From positions 1 through 49,365 of the forward strand of contig JAUCBJ010000463.1 in assembly GCA_032718475.1 (NCBI GenBank): a stretch of 49,365 bases of DNA. The letters are read 5' to 3'. Shown here one piece after another: positions 23,544 through 37,048 of the stretch. Under the pieces are notes generated by a model that saw only the letters and a list, made by a program, of their open reading frames with translations, made no database searches and had not been told where the DNA came from. Both the position numbers and the translations under genes were made by a program. Each line of letters opens with the position of its first letter. Position 1 is the first letter of the stretch. Source of the DNA: Nemertoderma westbladi. Lineage: Eukaryota; Animalia; Xenacoelomorpha.

Positions 23544-26500
23544 ACATTATGTTTATTGTTTAAAATGAAATAATAATAATAATCTTAGTATATTCCCATA
23601 GAACTGTAAATAAATAAATAATTTACAGGCAGAATGAATGCTGATAAATAGCATGGGAATAAGCCTCTGTGCTGTGATATCGTTTACACAAGTCTACCAA
23701 TTAATTAGGCTAAAGTAATTAAAAATCGTTTATCTGTTTATCTATAGTAAGTAATATATTTACCACCTACAGTATTTACTACATTATGCTACTGTACTTC
23801 TTCTCTGGAATATCGGGTTAATAATAGTTTCTGATAATTTTGATTTAAGGTCGGGTAAACTTGTGGATTTTCTTGTTTTTATAGGTAAACTTATTCCAGA
23901 GTTTGATTAATTTAATTGTCAGGCTATTATAACCGTATTTATTTATTATTTGTTTTCGGTATTTTTATTTTCAGTGTGCGGGGATTTGTGTTTTGAATTT
24001 TGTTGTTTAGAAAAGGTAGATTTTGACATTCTACTGTACATAGATTTTGAAAGGGTTTTAACAGATTGTTTAAATAATTTGTAAAGAAAAATTATGCCGA
24101 AATATTCACGATATGATGAAAGCAGAGGTATTTTTGCGTTTCCCCGGAGTTCGGTGCCAGAGCAGTCTCTCGTCCTATTTCCAAATATTGATCGTAGAGC
24201 TTAATTTTGTACTTTTTTCCATATTATATTTTGTTTGCTTGAAGCCATGTAGCCTACGTACATCATGGATAGGAATGAGAAGTTGACAACAGTAATGATT
24301 GTATGGTAAGGTTAATGCCGCATTATATTTTTATGTTATACAGGTATGTCTTTTATGTTATGTTTTTACGGACAGACAGACAGCAATTCAGACTGACATG
24401 ACGGTGTCAAATGAGAAAACTCACTTCGGAAATGAAATGACCGATCCGGAAAAAATCTTTAACAACTGCAACAAATTTTTTAGCTGGATTGTGTGCATTC
24501 CAACAGTTCAATGGACAGACTTATTTAAATTACAGTACCCAAACCATATACTTTAAATGCACTATCTGACGAATGCAATTTATTTCATATTTCAAAGGCT
24601 TTTCCAAAAATGAACGTCTTCACCTGAAATTTGGCATGAATCATGATTGAGTGGTGTAAACACACCCTACTGTATGATCACTTTTCAATTTGTTTGTGGT
24701 AGGCCTAGCTGACATATATGCCAAAAAGAGTCAAATTTAGGTAAAAAATGGCAAAATGTGCCCTGACAAACCATAGCAACATAAAATAATGTTTGTTAAC
24801 TTTTGTATCTGTATTTTCAGTAAGTTTAACGATAAAAACATAATGAACACATACAACTGTACAGTAGGCCTTTAGATTAATAACTAAATAAAACTACGTG
24901 GGAGAGAAACACCCAGGCTCTAAGGAACTCACGGGGGTCATTAATTAAGGTAAAATTAAATACAGTGTTAATATATAAGATATAAACTTTGCACTGTGTT
25001 TAGGATATGAGGTTATTCAAATAATTAGAGTAAAAAATACATACAGTAATTAGAATGGGTTGGCCATGACTTATGGGAAAAGAGCAGTCATTTAAAAAAT
25101 CAACAGCCAGCCAGCAACTTGAGCGAAAGACTATTAAAATTGATTGCATTCTACAATATCCTGAGAAGTCGTTTCAAATAATTATTTGGAAAACTTGAAT
25201 AAATACAGTACCGGTATGTTATATTTATTCAAGTAATAAAATATACAATTCAAATGTTACTAATAAACTGAATAAGTGTGACACTAAGCTTTATGAGAAT
25301 GACAAGTACAGTTAGTTAGTAGGCCCTATTAATATATTTATAACTTACCAAGTTCTTAATAATAAGTAAACTCAATTGACCGACATGCTGCCATATATTC
25401 ACAGTAAAGGTTAAAATCTGTTAAAATCTGAAATAAAACGTAGGCCAAGACCCTTTTTTTTCGATGTTCTCTCGACCCTTTAGTAACGGTAAATAAAATG
25501 CCTCGAGTAGGCCTATAGTGAAAAAAAGTTCTACTTTTTTCCCATGTAATAAATAATTATTTGGGTGTGTTAGATATTTTACACTAAAAAGATTTTCTCG
25601 ACAAACATTTATTTGTGTATATCGAGGTTTTACCCTTTGTTATCACAATTCACTTGGTTTATTTTCTGTTTCATATTTTATTATTTACTCTGCATTTACT
25701 AGATTTGCATAACGAATAAATTAATTGATATCAATAAGGTAAAAATAGAAATATTCCTACCCATGTTTGTGCTCTTTGCCAGCACAATTGTATCATTGGA
25801 GAATAATCAATGACTGTCACACAGAAATGGGCTGGTCCCGGTGGCACAGCAAATAACTAAATCGACAATCAAAAGAAGCAGGAAATAAAGCAATTTCTTT
25901 AGTTAACGGGAAATTAAGTGACACAATATACAGTATTATATAAAAAGATTTAAAAATATAAATTTGTTCTGAAACCAGAAAATCTGCATCCAACTTCTCA
26001 GCAGCTACTGTACAATATTCCATTCCCAACGAGCTATTATCGCCAACTACACTGCACTGTATGGTTTGGATGGGATTGAGTGACAAATGAATGCAATTTA
26101 AATGGTTGGGATGTAGTAGGCCTAGAGAATAAGGTGGTTCCAGTCATGACAGACAGGCCTCCTGGCCCTGAACAACTACAGTATTAAGAATCCTTCGTTG
26201 CAATGCAACTGCAGTAAAATGTAGCACAGTTTGAGATGTACAGTAGCTGCACACGTCAAGGCTTTGAGTGTACTGCATAATGTGATACATAATGGTGGAA
26301 TATTTGTATTATTAAACGAAATTCATTAATCATCATTATTCGAGAATAATGAGAATTAGCTTTGACAGAAAATTATCTTAATATAATAAACATCTTGCTT
26401 TGCGAATTGAATAGTATGACTGGGAGCGGGGGACAAATTAATTAAAAACTAAAAGTCAATTAAATTAAATTACTAATATGGTATATAATTATTCTGATCA

Positions 26501-29168
26501 CATCTACTACTGTTCCATAGTTTTCGTTGGTTTCACGTGAAAAAGCATGTGAAAAACAACCAGAGAGCATTAAATTTTACTTAAAAAAATGAAAATAACA
26601 AAAAAATATTGAGCGAGATATAGCGATTTAAGCACCATTTTCGTTAGCAAAAGTTGTATAAAAATTATCAATAGTATTGAAAAATTTCCAAAAGCGATAA
26701 TAACTATTTAAGTGGTGGCAAAAAAGAAGGCTTGAAAGAAAGCAAGACAAAAAATGTTACTTTTTGCCACAACTTACGTCGTTTTATTTGTTGTAAGTCT
26801 TCTCACTATTATTTGGGACTACTTCACCATAAATATCGTCCATCGAAGCTTCTTCCATAGTGAAATACGGGCATTACTATACCTTGCGTACCCATTGTTT
26901 CACCATTTTTTTAATATCAAAAACCTTTACCTCGAGGTTTTTTTTTAGAACAAATATTTGACCTTCTAACAGTAGGTTGGTATTTTTTTCCAAAAAATGT
27001 TCTTGAAAAAAAATGTGTTCTGAACAAAAATTTTTATCAAAATTCATAACTAACAATAATTGTTCTATAACATTTATAAAAAAGTAAAAAAATCTAGCTA
27101 GTATAAAAAATATAAAATGTGTTCTAACACGTGTTCTATAACATTTAAAAAAAATAGCAAAAACTAGCTGTAATGGAAACATTACTTTTTGTGTTGACAG
27201 AAAGAGTGTTCCTTATTATGTTTTTGCTACTTTGTTTTTTTTAATGTTCTATGTCATATTAGATATAGTTTTGCAAAAAAAAAATGTTTTAGAACAAATC
27301 TTTTTTGTTCTAGAACATTTTTTTAAAAATTTCTAATTCCTAATAATACACCTTAAAATGTTAATCTGTCGCCTTTAAATACTTCAAAATATTATTCTAG
27401 AATGTTTTTTAATGTTTACAGTAGTAGGTTCACTTTAACTGTTTTCATTAAATAAAATGCCACGTCACAAAAACAAAAAGTGCTCTAAAGATCCAAATAT
27501 TATTGAGATTTCCAAAGAATAGTATAAAAGAAAAGAATATAATTTTGAAAAAACATTTTTTTTAATAATTTTTTAATTTTTTAATAATTTTTTCACTAGC
27601 TAGCCTGATAATTTGTATTTTTTAAAAAAAATGTTAAATGTTTATAGATAAATAAACTATTTATTACACATAATTACTAATTTTTAAGAAATTTTTTTTT
27701 TGAATTTTTTTTTAAAAATAATAGCTAATTTGGAAAATCACTATCTAGCCTGATAATATGTATTTTTTAATGTTTATAGATAAATCAACAATTTATTACA
27801 CATAATAATAAATTTTTAATAAATTTTTTTTATATATAAAAATGTTCTAGAACAAAAAATATTTGTTCTAGAACATAATTTTTTTTACCTAACAATAGCT
27901 AACATGAAATATAATAGTTCGAAAAAAAAGTAGCAAAAACTAGTTATAGTAAAAAAAATATGGTCATAAAAAATATGGTCAATACACATACTGTAGTAGT
28001 GCCGAGACGTTTTCTATTGGTTTTTTTGTTACATAGCTAGTGGTTTTTAGGTAGCTACTGTTTTTAAATTCACAAAACCAAATTTTTGGTACATACTTTT
28101 TGATCAATTTTTGCACCTTGTTAACACTATTTCGACCGGGCTTTAAAATTTACGTTGTTGTACGGGGGGGGGGGGGGGGGGGGTACTGGTGCAGTATGCG
28201 AACACCCCCCGGCCCCCACCAAATTTTATCTACTAGCTAGTTTTTATGAATTTCTTTCTTTGAAATGTACTAGACTACTATTTTATTTTGAAAAAATGTA
28301 TGTATAGAACATTTTTAGACAAAAGCCAGGTTTGTATTTAAAAAGAATAGGATGGTTATAAAACGTGTATAAAATAAATAAAACAACTTTTTCAAATTAT
28401 GATTAAAGAATTGCCTAAATGGCCATTCATTGCCACCATAGCTTTTAATACAAGTTTTGGAAAAAGATTTTACAACTTAGTTGCTACCTAACGAATATGG
28501 CGCTAGATTTTATAAAATGAAGCTCATTCAACTGTGAACTGTTTAACAAGCTTCTAAAAATATCCTTGGTGCCTTGTTGCCTTGATAAGTCTGCCGTGCA
28601 ATGTAAAAAGACAGTTAGTCGCATTTTTCCAAAATTCACTTTTCTGGGTCTAAAAAATGCGCTCTATCTAATGGTAAAATCGAGAACACCGTATACACTC
28701 TAGTTCTCAAGATATGCAATGTAGAAAGGCCGTAAGGCACAACATATATATAGTGTTACAAAGGAAAAACAACGAGTCACTTAAATTTATGCAAAAAAAA
28801 CCGTAACTCAACAAGACTTGCGGTGTTTTGTCATTGCATAGATAATAAGAAAACGCACATACGGTTTTATTGAAATATGTCTTGAAATATGTATTTACAT
28901 ACAGTTTTGTATAATGAAAAAACACCGTAAGTAGAAAAAATTACCCTGAAGTCAAAATATTAATGAAAAGTGAAAAATAATCACGTATAAAAATTTCCCA
29001 CCCCCAATTGCGTAGGATTATAAAAAATAGTAATTTACGGACATTTTAAACCAACAATCGGAAGGAAAACAGTAATTTGCGTTTTACTCGAAATGACTTT
29101 TTGTGACTTGTGGTCTTTTTACATTGCACGGCAGAAGTCTAGTGTACATAAAGCAAGACCAGCCGAGC

Positions 29169-29489
29169 ATGGATAAATATTCAAATTTTGGCGCAGATTT
29201 GACTGCTGAAACGCGCGAATTACTGGCCGACATCCATAAAATGAAAATAGAACTTCTTAAAGAAATCCAAGAAATTAAGAACGAAATTCAATCAATAACG
29301 CAGGAGTTGGACCGCTTAGAGCCGGTACCGTTAGACGCGAAAGCGACAACGCGATCAAAATCGTTAGCAATTGGTCGTCGGATGTTTAATGTCGATTGCA
29401 ACAAAGGAATCGAGTACATGATAGCCAATAATCTTATCGAGGACACCCCGGAAAGCAACTCATCATATAATTCCCCAAATATGCTATAA
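29169..29489 (+). pseudogene. Truncated, chimeric cytohesin (coiled coil plus first Sec7 helices), 106 aa, created by the duplication junction
   Basis: DLT.E....L.DI...K.ELL.EIQ.IK.EI coiled coil and LAIGRRMFNVD..KGIEYMI.N.LI.DTPE match the cytohesin N-terminus. The last ~10 aa come from sequence identical to 6001 onward. Confidence 0.82.
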
Positions 29490-30828
29490 ATGTACAGTAT
29501 GTAAATAAACATGATTTAATAAACAGATAAAAAATAATTGTATAAGTAAACGTAACTCAGGGTTGCCTGCCACTCTAGTTCAGTTTCAATTTTCCCTGAC
29601 TTTTTGAAAAAATGACTGCAGCTGCATTACGCTTTTTATAGAATATAGTATAATAGAATATTGGCCGTTTTATTATATTCTAAACACAATTTCGAGAGTT
29701 AAGCGATTAGAATGCACCCATACAGTTAGTGATGTGAGGAAATTCAATGGCGAGCGAAGCGAGCATAGAAAACTTTACACACTTTCGCTTATGACACATT
29801 TCCTGTATAATCACATTCCCTGACTTTTCCCTGATCTGTCAATTTTTTACAAGGATTCCCTGGCATTTCAAGATAAAATTTAATTCCCTGACTATTCCAT
29901 GTGCGTGGCAAGTGGCAACCCTGTAACTGCTAACACAAACAAGCACTAATAATTATAATAGCGCCACATAAAAAAATAGTAAACCTGATTTTCATCCTGA
30001 GTTTCCCTGAACATGGATATCATGGCAGCATACCGGTACACTTTGTACGTTAAATATATTTGTAATAAATATAATTCCAGTGTGACAAATTAAATAAAAC
30101 GAAGACAGAGATCCACAACAACAATGTTTAGTAATCATAATAAAATACATTTACGAAACAGTAATAGACAATCTTCTCGATTCTTCCGTTACATTATTTT
30201 ATCTTCTTAACAAATTAATTCCGTAAAACAAATTAATTTGACACAGTTAACTTCATATCTCTCAACAATCTGTTCTCAATAGAAATCGGATCACGTATTA
30301 ATTGAATATACCGCACTTACTTATTAAGTTATGTTTTAGTTTAGTAAAATATAAACGGAGAATATAAATCTTGTGCCATATTTTGAGTCGAAATTTTCCG
30401 TCAAGCCGCACTAGACTAATAGCATTTTAATTTGATAACACAAGTAAAATAATAACAATATATACCGGTATATAAAATATAGGCCTATATATATTTGAAA
30501 TAAATTGCCAATGCATAAAGCACCACCACCACTGGCAATGTAGCACAAGGTTTGGTGCTTAGCCAACTAGTACAAACGGAAAAGCTAATTACAAGCCAAG
30601 ATTAATAAGGTCTACTGAAAAATTATTGTAAATCATTTCTAAAAATTTCGAAAAAAAATCGGTACGGTAAACGTGATGCCACCACCATCAGTTGAGTCAG
30701 TCTCAGTATATATATATATATTTGTTGCAACATGCATGTTTTGCTAACAATTAGTCAGAACAATAATTATTAATATGAATACACGGGAATATAATACCGG
30801 TTCCAGAAATAGTAAATATCAAATATCA

Positions 30829-32166
30829 TTACTCCATCGAGTTTGCATGTACTAATCTCGCTTCTTCAATGAGGTCTGTTGGACGTCTCTCGCATATGTG
30901 GCTGATACTGGCGAGAAATCCGCCTAAGCCATCAGACTTGTCGGATGACGAGTTCAACGCTGTTTCAATGTGCCCCTTAACCATTTCTTCAACAAGATCG
31001 TAAGCGAGTGATTCTTCATGTCTGTAGACCGAAAGAAAGATCATCCCGTCGAAGACGATACGATGGATTTGGAATAGAAACGCGAATAGGCATATAAACC
31101 TTTTGGATACATTGGAGCTGCATTGTGAGGTTACAAGGGTGAGTGTATCCGCGATTAGTGAGCTCGCAGGGGCTAGTTCCAACTGGATATAGTGGGTACT
31201 AACATTTGAAAAGAACAACAGAAGGATTTTAAGGAGAATGTACTCATTATCTGTTATTCCAAGATGATAGAAGTGGTTAGCCAGGTTGAACAAACCTTCA
31301 ATGATGCGATCGATGCCGGGAAGTTCTTCAGATGACAAGAGAGATAGTGCTTGAGAACGCGTTAATAAGAAGTCAGGGGCAAATTGGAGGGTGTCAGAGG
31401 AAGGTCCAAGACGGGCGGATGATGCGGCTACATTAAGAACAAACAGGTCCAGCCAGGAGGATTCAAGGAGATGACTCTGTGCTTCATAGGTTAGGGAAAT
31501 AAACAATGGTATCCGTTTCGCCCAATTAATAAGAAAAACGAGGTTGCAGTCTGCAAGGAGTGACAGGGCCAGGAGGAAACCATGTTGGGAGAAAGTGGCC
31601 AAGTCGTAGTTAATATTGGAGATGGGATTCGAGAGTTCAATGTGCTGCAAATGACAGAGAAACTGATGGGCTTTTTCAGAAATCTCAATAGTGACTGTGT
31701 ATGGGGATTTTATGTGTTGATTAAGGTGATCGGCATACCCCGAAAATTTATCCTCAAATGGTTCTGGCAATTCAGCTTTGACAATGGTGGGCTTTTTATC
31801 CACGATTCTGCTAGCCCGACAGCGACCACCACGTTTTCGATCCTCCCGAACCATTTCTGTTTGCATCCCAGACTCTGAGCACTTACGGAAGCGGCAAGCT
31901 TGACAGTTTTTCCTGGTGTGTTTGTCAATACGGCATTTATTGTCAGAGTAACAAGAGAAATTAAGGCGAAGTTGGACAGTTCTTCGGAAAAATGCTTTAC
32001 ATGATTCGCAGGAGAGGGCACCATAATGGTGACCAGTAGCTATATCTGCGCAGACCAGACAGGGGCGTTGCGGTTTTTCCCTGTATCCTATACGCATCCT
32101 AGGGGCACCACCATTACCAGCACTGAAATATTCGGATGGCTCAACCATTATGATTCGGGTTTTCAT
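30829..32166 (-). CDS. Intronless NR3 (ER/ERR-like) nuclear receptor, 445 aa, copy B
   Basis: Differs from copy A at T128I and V200A plus at least two synonymous sites. Confidence 0.93.
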   Translation of the reverse strand: MKTRIIMVEPSEYFSAGNGGAPRMRIGYREKPQRPCLVCADIATGHHYGALSCESCKAFFRRTVQLRLNFSCYSDNKCRIDKHTRKNCQACRFRKCSESGMQTEMVREDRKRGGRCRASRIVDKKPTIVKAELPEPFEDKFSGYADHLNQHIKSPYTVTIEISEKAHQFLCHLQHIELSNPISNINYDLATFSQHGFLLALSLLADCNLVFLINWAKRIPLFISLTYEAQSHLLESSWLDLFVLNVAASSARLGPSSDTLQFAPDFLLTRSQALSLLSSEELPGIDRIIEGLFNLANHFYHLGITDNEYILLKILLLFFSNVSTHYIQLELAPASSLIADTLTLVTSQCSSNVSKRFICLFAFLFQIHRIVFDGMIFLSVYRHEESLAYDLVEEMVKGHIETALNSSSDKSDGLGGFLASISHICERRPTDLIEEARLVHANSME

Positions 32167-33843
32167 TCAAAAATAATATTACACTGGTACCGGTATGTAT
32201 TTCAGTATTTCGAATCAATATGCAGTTTCATTTGTCATTGTGTCAGTTTAATCTAATTCGTCACCATACTGTCATAGCAAGCAGATGGCTGATATACAAC
32301 AAAACAACAATAGCTTGACATTATAAATAAAAAAGAAATCAAATACTGAGCATTGTTTGTTTGTTTATTATAATCCATAGGCCCTATGCTGATATGAGTG
32401 ATATGTGTAATATAATATACACCATCACCCTTGATAAATCAACCATTTTTTTTTATCAAGTCGGAGCCCCCTGCGCCTGCCCCCCACCCTAAATTTTTTC
32501 CAATTTCAATAAAATGCTACGAAATTTGCTATGGATGATAGTCCACGGAGGCCAGGCTGCAAATTAAGTCCAAAAATCGCAACGCGTTGAAATGGTGCGT
32601 GGTAAAAGCGCGCGGAATTGAAATAAAAGTGCGCGAAATTATGTGAAAGACAACAAAAGTGCGCAGTAATCTGTGCAAAATATCAAAAGTCCTAAAAGTA
32701 CGCGGACAGGCGGATGAGGTGTAATAAAGTTTACAAGCATGCAAAGTGAGAAAAATAATTTTCCACAAAATTTTGCTCGCTTCGCTTGCGTTTCTTTGCA
32801 TTTTGCATTGTTAAAGAAATAATTTTGCTCGCTTCGCTCGTGTATGTTTTTCGTTTTTTTTATTTTGTTAAAATGTGGTATGCGCGTTTTTTTCGGTGCA
32901 TGCGTGGTGTTGGTGTATTGTCCAATCAGTTAGGGACCATCCTTATTTAAGCAATAAAAATTATTGCTTAAATAAGGAATGTTGAAAATCTGCTAATTTT
33001 TTCCTTGCTTAAATAAGCAATTTTTTATTTTTCAGATCACAATATCTCAATTTAAAAATCAGAAAAATTTTTCGCGCAGGATTTTATTTGATGAAAAGAA
33101 AGAGCGAAAAATTCTGCATAAGATGGTGAAATCGCAAAAAAATCTATCTGTGCGTTCTCAAATTATTCCATTTTAAAATTTTAAAATTATATGCCTTGCT
33201 TAATTAAGCAATATCTTTCAAAATGACAAATGTTGCTTAAATAAGGAATATGTGTAGCGCTTTTCATTTTATTGCTTATTTAAGCAATTTCATAAAAATA
33301 CAAATAATAAACTCTCCTAACCTAAAAATTTCAATTATGTGTAGTCTGGGGCGAGCCACGAAGTAAAGTGAGCTTTAGCATAGGGGTATCCATGGAATAC
33401 TAAATATAGACGGAACCGCATTAGTGTTATTTTTTCGGCCCCGATATTTTTTTCAATAAAGTGGTAGTATATGCCATAGAAACCTCAGAAAAAAAATTTA
33501 AGCAAATTCGACCGGAGCGTTCTCGAGATATAATCCGTCAAAGTTTTCAAATTTGCCAACAAGAAATCCAGTGTTGGGGGCGATTAAATCTCATTTGCGA
33601 TATATTTCTATGGCAACAAGTAGTAGAGCCATTATTCTTGAACTGCGCTGTTGTAAAATTGATGCGTTGGTTTGTCAACAATATTATTATTACCACAACT
33701 AGCTACAGCTGCACTATTTTAAAACAATATTTTAACCGATAATTTTTCGATTACAATTAACCAGTACATCGCGGTAACCTTTAGTCTCTACACAGTAGGG
33801 TCTTCATTACTTCACTGGCTACACATAGTGAACTATCTACATA

Positions 33844-33958
33844 ATGCCACGTACTTGTTTAGTTTGCAAGTCAAAAGACCATTTGCACCGGTTTCCTATT
33901 GATATTGCTGTTTGCAATGAATGGAAACAAGCGATTCGTCAGGGGCTGAATACGCCAG
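33844..33958 (+). CDS. Putative first exon encoding the N-terminal half of a THAP zinc finger (MPRTCLVC...HRFP...W)
   Basis: Manual translation MPRTCLVCKSKDHLHRFPIDIAVCNEWKQAIRQGLNTP, followed by the donor-like AG|GTAAG. Not in the ORF track. Confidence 0.7.
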
Positions 33959-33970
33959 GTAAGGATTTTC

Positions 33971-35728
33971 TTGAAGCTGATACCGAACCTACCCAGCATT
34001 TCATTCTTTGAAAAGTTGACAAGAGGTGATGTAAAAGTTTATACACTTCTAAATAGCATTGGTATGGATCAGAATGTTGTAATATACGCGGATGAAATTT
34101 ACTTACAGAGAGAATCAATATTTAGTGCAGGAGGTATTATTGAATCACCAAAGACCCTGCTGGATATTATGGTAAGAGCTCTAAGTGGGGGAAATGGAAT
34201 AATTGTCAAGTCAGTGCCATGTTACGATACATTAACTGGAGACATGTTGATAAAAGAATTCAAGGAAGTTGTGAAACATTTAAAAGAGGCCGAGTTTCAG
34301 CCACGAGTGTTTGTTACTGATGGCCTTTCAGTTAATGTCAATGCTTACTCAAAGATTATATATGAACCAGAGCTTTGTGATATAATTCCGTTGTTTGATT
34401 ATAATCACCTCATGAAGAATACACGAAATAACTTATTTAACACCGGCATATTTTATCCTCCTGAATTTAAGTGGAGTTATATGAATGACGTATTTCAAAT
34501 AGGAGCAAATGCTAAAGTGTCGATGTCTGATGTTCGTATGGTCTATCAGATGGATACAGAGAGAATTAATTGTGATTCTTCAGTCAATCTGCGAAAAGCC
34601 CACAAGCTGACATATGCAACAATCAACGTTGGAAAGCGCAAGCAAAACACCCAGCTTATGCTCAACCTGTACCATGATAGTACTATCGATGCCCTCAGAT
34701 GGTATTTGGGTGGTGGCACAGAGAACTTCCATAATGACACAGCTGATTACTTCCGTGTTATTAGACTCTTCTGGGAGTTTATGAACTGTAAACATAATAC
34801 GTCTAATCCTTACACAAGAACACTCAGTCGTTATGACAGTGAGCGGCAAAGTATCCTTCAAACCTTCCTTGACTGGCTGACAAGGTGGAAGTCTTCAAAT
34901 AAAGCAGGGTTCACTTCGCAGACATTTTCAGCGCTCATACTAACAGTTGCTAACACAATTAAGGTCCTAGATTTGGTCTTCAACAAACTCGAATACCAAT
35001 TATTTAACCTGGCAGTCCTTGGAGACGATGAAATTGAGTTACATTTCAGCAAATATCGCCAGATGTCGGGAGGTCGCTTCCTTGTAAGTCTGCGGGACGC
35101 CACTAACTCAAACAAGATAATTCAAATCAAAGCAGCTCTACAATCCAACCAAGATGTCATTGACTGCCTTGATAAAACTAATAGTGAAGATATACGACCA
35201 ATAATTACGAAACTATCAGCAGATGATGATTTTGATATATTCGACGACGAATCTCTATTGATTATTTCAGACGTGGCTGGATGGGCAGTTCAGTCAATTC
35301 CTAATTCAGATGCGTTGTGTTCATGTACCAGATGCGATCTAAAAGATAAATCCCAATCAAGTTCCACGAATATTCGCTACATTTCGTTTCGTGACAGAGG
35401 GGGATTGTGTTTTCCGAGTGATGGATTTGTACATCTTTGCTGCAATATATTTCACATATTGAAAAAATCATATCCCTTGGTAAACAACAAGAACAAAGCG
35501 AGTCCAACATTACATAGACTACTAGTAAACCAAATAGACACCACTGAAGTTGTCTGCTCTGAACACAGCGAGAAATTCAAACCAAAATTACTACAAAAAC
35601 TGGTAAACGTTTTCCTTAAGGCTGAGGCTAGTCACAGGAAAGAAATTATTGATGAACAGGAAATGTATAAAACGGGACTGAATGGATTTAAAGCGCCACA
35701 GTTATACAAGAGAAAACGGATTCTTTAG
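33971..35728 (+). CDS. THAP9/P-element-type DDE transposase catalytic region (585 aa; true start missing)
   Basis: Motifs LPS, ADEIY, VTDG.S.N, FD..HL.KN.RNN, D.IE.HFS..RQ.SGG, AGW and RGGL..PS; C-terminal KRKR resembles an NLS. Confidence 0.87.
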   Translation: MKLIPNLPSISFFEKLTRGDVKVYTLLNSIGMDQNVVIYADEIYLQRESIFSAGGIIESPKTLLDIMVRALSGGNGIIVKSVPCYDTLTGDMLIKEFKEVVKHLKEAEFQPRVFVTDGLSVNVNAYSKIIYEPELCDIIPLFDYNHLMKNTRNNLFNTGIFYPPEFKWSYMNDVFQIGANAKVSMSDVRMVYQMDTERINCDSSVNLRKAHKLTYATINVGKRKQNTQLMLNLYHDSTIDALRWYLGGGTENFHNDTADYFRVIRLFWEFMNCKHNTSNPYTRTLSRYDSERQSILQTFLDWLTRWKSSNKAGFTSQTFSALILTVANTIKVLDLVFNKLEYQLFNLAVLGDDEIELHFSKYRQMSGGRFLVSLRDATNSNKIIQIKAALQSNQDVIDCLDKTNSEDIRPIITKLSADDDFDIFDDESLLIISDVAGWAVQSIPNSDALCSCTRCDLKDKSQSSSTNIRYISFRDRGGLCFPSDGFVHLCCNIFHILKKSYPLVNNKNKASPTLHRLLVNQIDTTEVVCSEHSEKFKPKLLQKLVNVFLKAEASHRKEIIDEQEMYKTGLNGFKAPQLYKRKRIL

Positions 35729-35787
35729 TCAGATATTAATCAAAATAACATCCATCTCTTTCAAAACTGCCTGGCACTGGCCTGTCG

Positions 35788-36035
35788 TCTCTACTACCAC
35801 TGCCACCCTGGCTGTTGTTTCTACTATCACTGCCACCCTGGTAGTTGTTTCTACTACCACTGCCACCATGGCTGTTGACTCTACATCCATTGCCACCCTG
35901 GCTGTTGTTTCCACTACCTACCACGTTGCCATCATGGCTGTTGTTTCTACTACCACTGCCACGTTGCCACCCTGGCTGACATCTTTACTACCACTGCCAC
36001 CCTGGCTGGTGATTCTACAACCACTGCCACCTGGA
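35788..36035. repeat. 30-bp minisatellite CTACTACCACTGCCACCCTGGCTGTTGTTT inside the P element
   Basis: About 7 visible diverged units. Confidence 0.85.
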
Positions 36036-37048
36036 GACTCTGCCAGCAATCAGAATAATAGGAGAATCGCCACTCGTATCTTGACAATCACCACTACTAG
36101 TGACAGCTATACATCTTTGGAAATGGGGTGTCCAGTACTTGGCAGTACTGCTGAAGAGGCCTAAAGCCGGCCGAAACGCCGTTTCTATTAATGGTTTATT
36201 ATTATTATAAAGATACCATAAAGAATCAATTACATAGCCTCCCTATACATACTGTATATATTACATTATATAAAGTAGGATAGAATAAATTACTGCTTTC
36301 GACACATGTAGTGCCACAATCACTACAGTACACCACAATATTATATTTAATTATAAATTGAATTGATATTAAATTGTATCAATAGGGGGGGGGGGGGGGG
36401 GGGGGGGGGGTAATATATAAAACTAATAAAAGTGTCAAAATTAGCTTCCACAGCAGTGTTTATTTAAATATATTTAATATATATATATATTAATAGATTT
36501 TACCTCGTTGCTATAGTTACCTGTGCTAGAAATAAAAATAAATAGGATAAAAATAAATAGGGTAGTAGATGGAAAAAATAATTAATTCATGGCAAAACCT
36601 AGAAATTTTATGTTTGCCCGGTTTCCATGGAAACGCTCCGGTCAAATTTGCTTAAATTTTTTTTCTGAGGTTTCTATGGCATATACTACCATTTTATTGA
36701 AAAAAATTTCGGGGCCGAAAAAATAACACTAATGCGGTTCCGTGTATATTTAGTATTCCATGGGCCACCTTATTTATGATTTTGTAGATTTTACATACAC
36801 CAAAATCACGTTAGTAACTTAAATATTGAACTCAATTTGAATTATTGTTATGTTATCTATCTATACTTTACAGTACATTGGGATTCTCCTTATGTCCGTA
36901 ACAGTTGCGACACAAACCTTATTGCACTAGTTTAGTTATCCAGTATGTATTATATTATGTGTTTTTGCATATATATTAATTATAATTATAAGGTGCCGTC
37001 CTGTGCTGTACTACTTACTGTACCAATAAACCATTATCAATAAACCAA

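Larger units (their letters stand above)
5997..29451 (+). repeat. Tandem segmental duplication, copy A (23,455 bp; ~12.4 kb core plus ~11.0 kb of copy-specific insertions)
   Basis: AAAGCAACTCATCATATAATTCCCC at 5997 recurs at 29452. Collinear near-identity continues to GGACACCCCGG at 29451 and 49365. Confidence 0.93.
33391..36762 (+). mobile_element. P-element superfamily transposon with ~130-bp TIRs (CATGGAATACTAAATATA...)
   Basis: CATGG...CCATG termini enclose a THAP9-like transposase. No matching TSD is visible. Confidence 0.85.

Noticed and set aside
26600-28700. Probable old DNA transposon with internal inverted repeats (~27218-27325 versus ~27835-27940)
   Set aside because: Termini and TSD could not be defined by eye, so it was not called as a feature.
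23128-28925. AT-rich 64-122 aa ORFs conserved between the two copies
   Set aside because: Conservation reflects the recent duplication; composition is low-complexity and one ORF is frameshifted by a 5-bp insertion.
35682-36164. 160-aa Thr/Val-rich mucin-like ORF
   Set aside because: Derived from the 30-bp minisatellite inside the P element.
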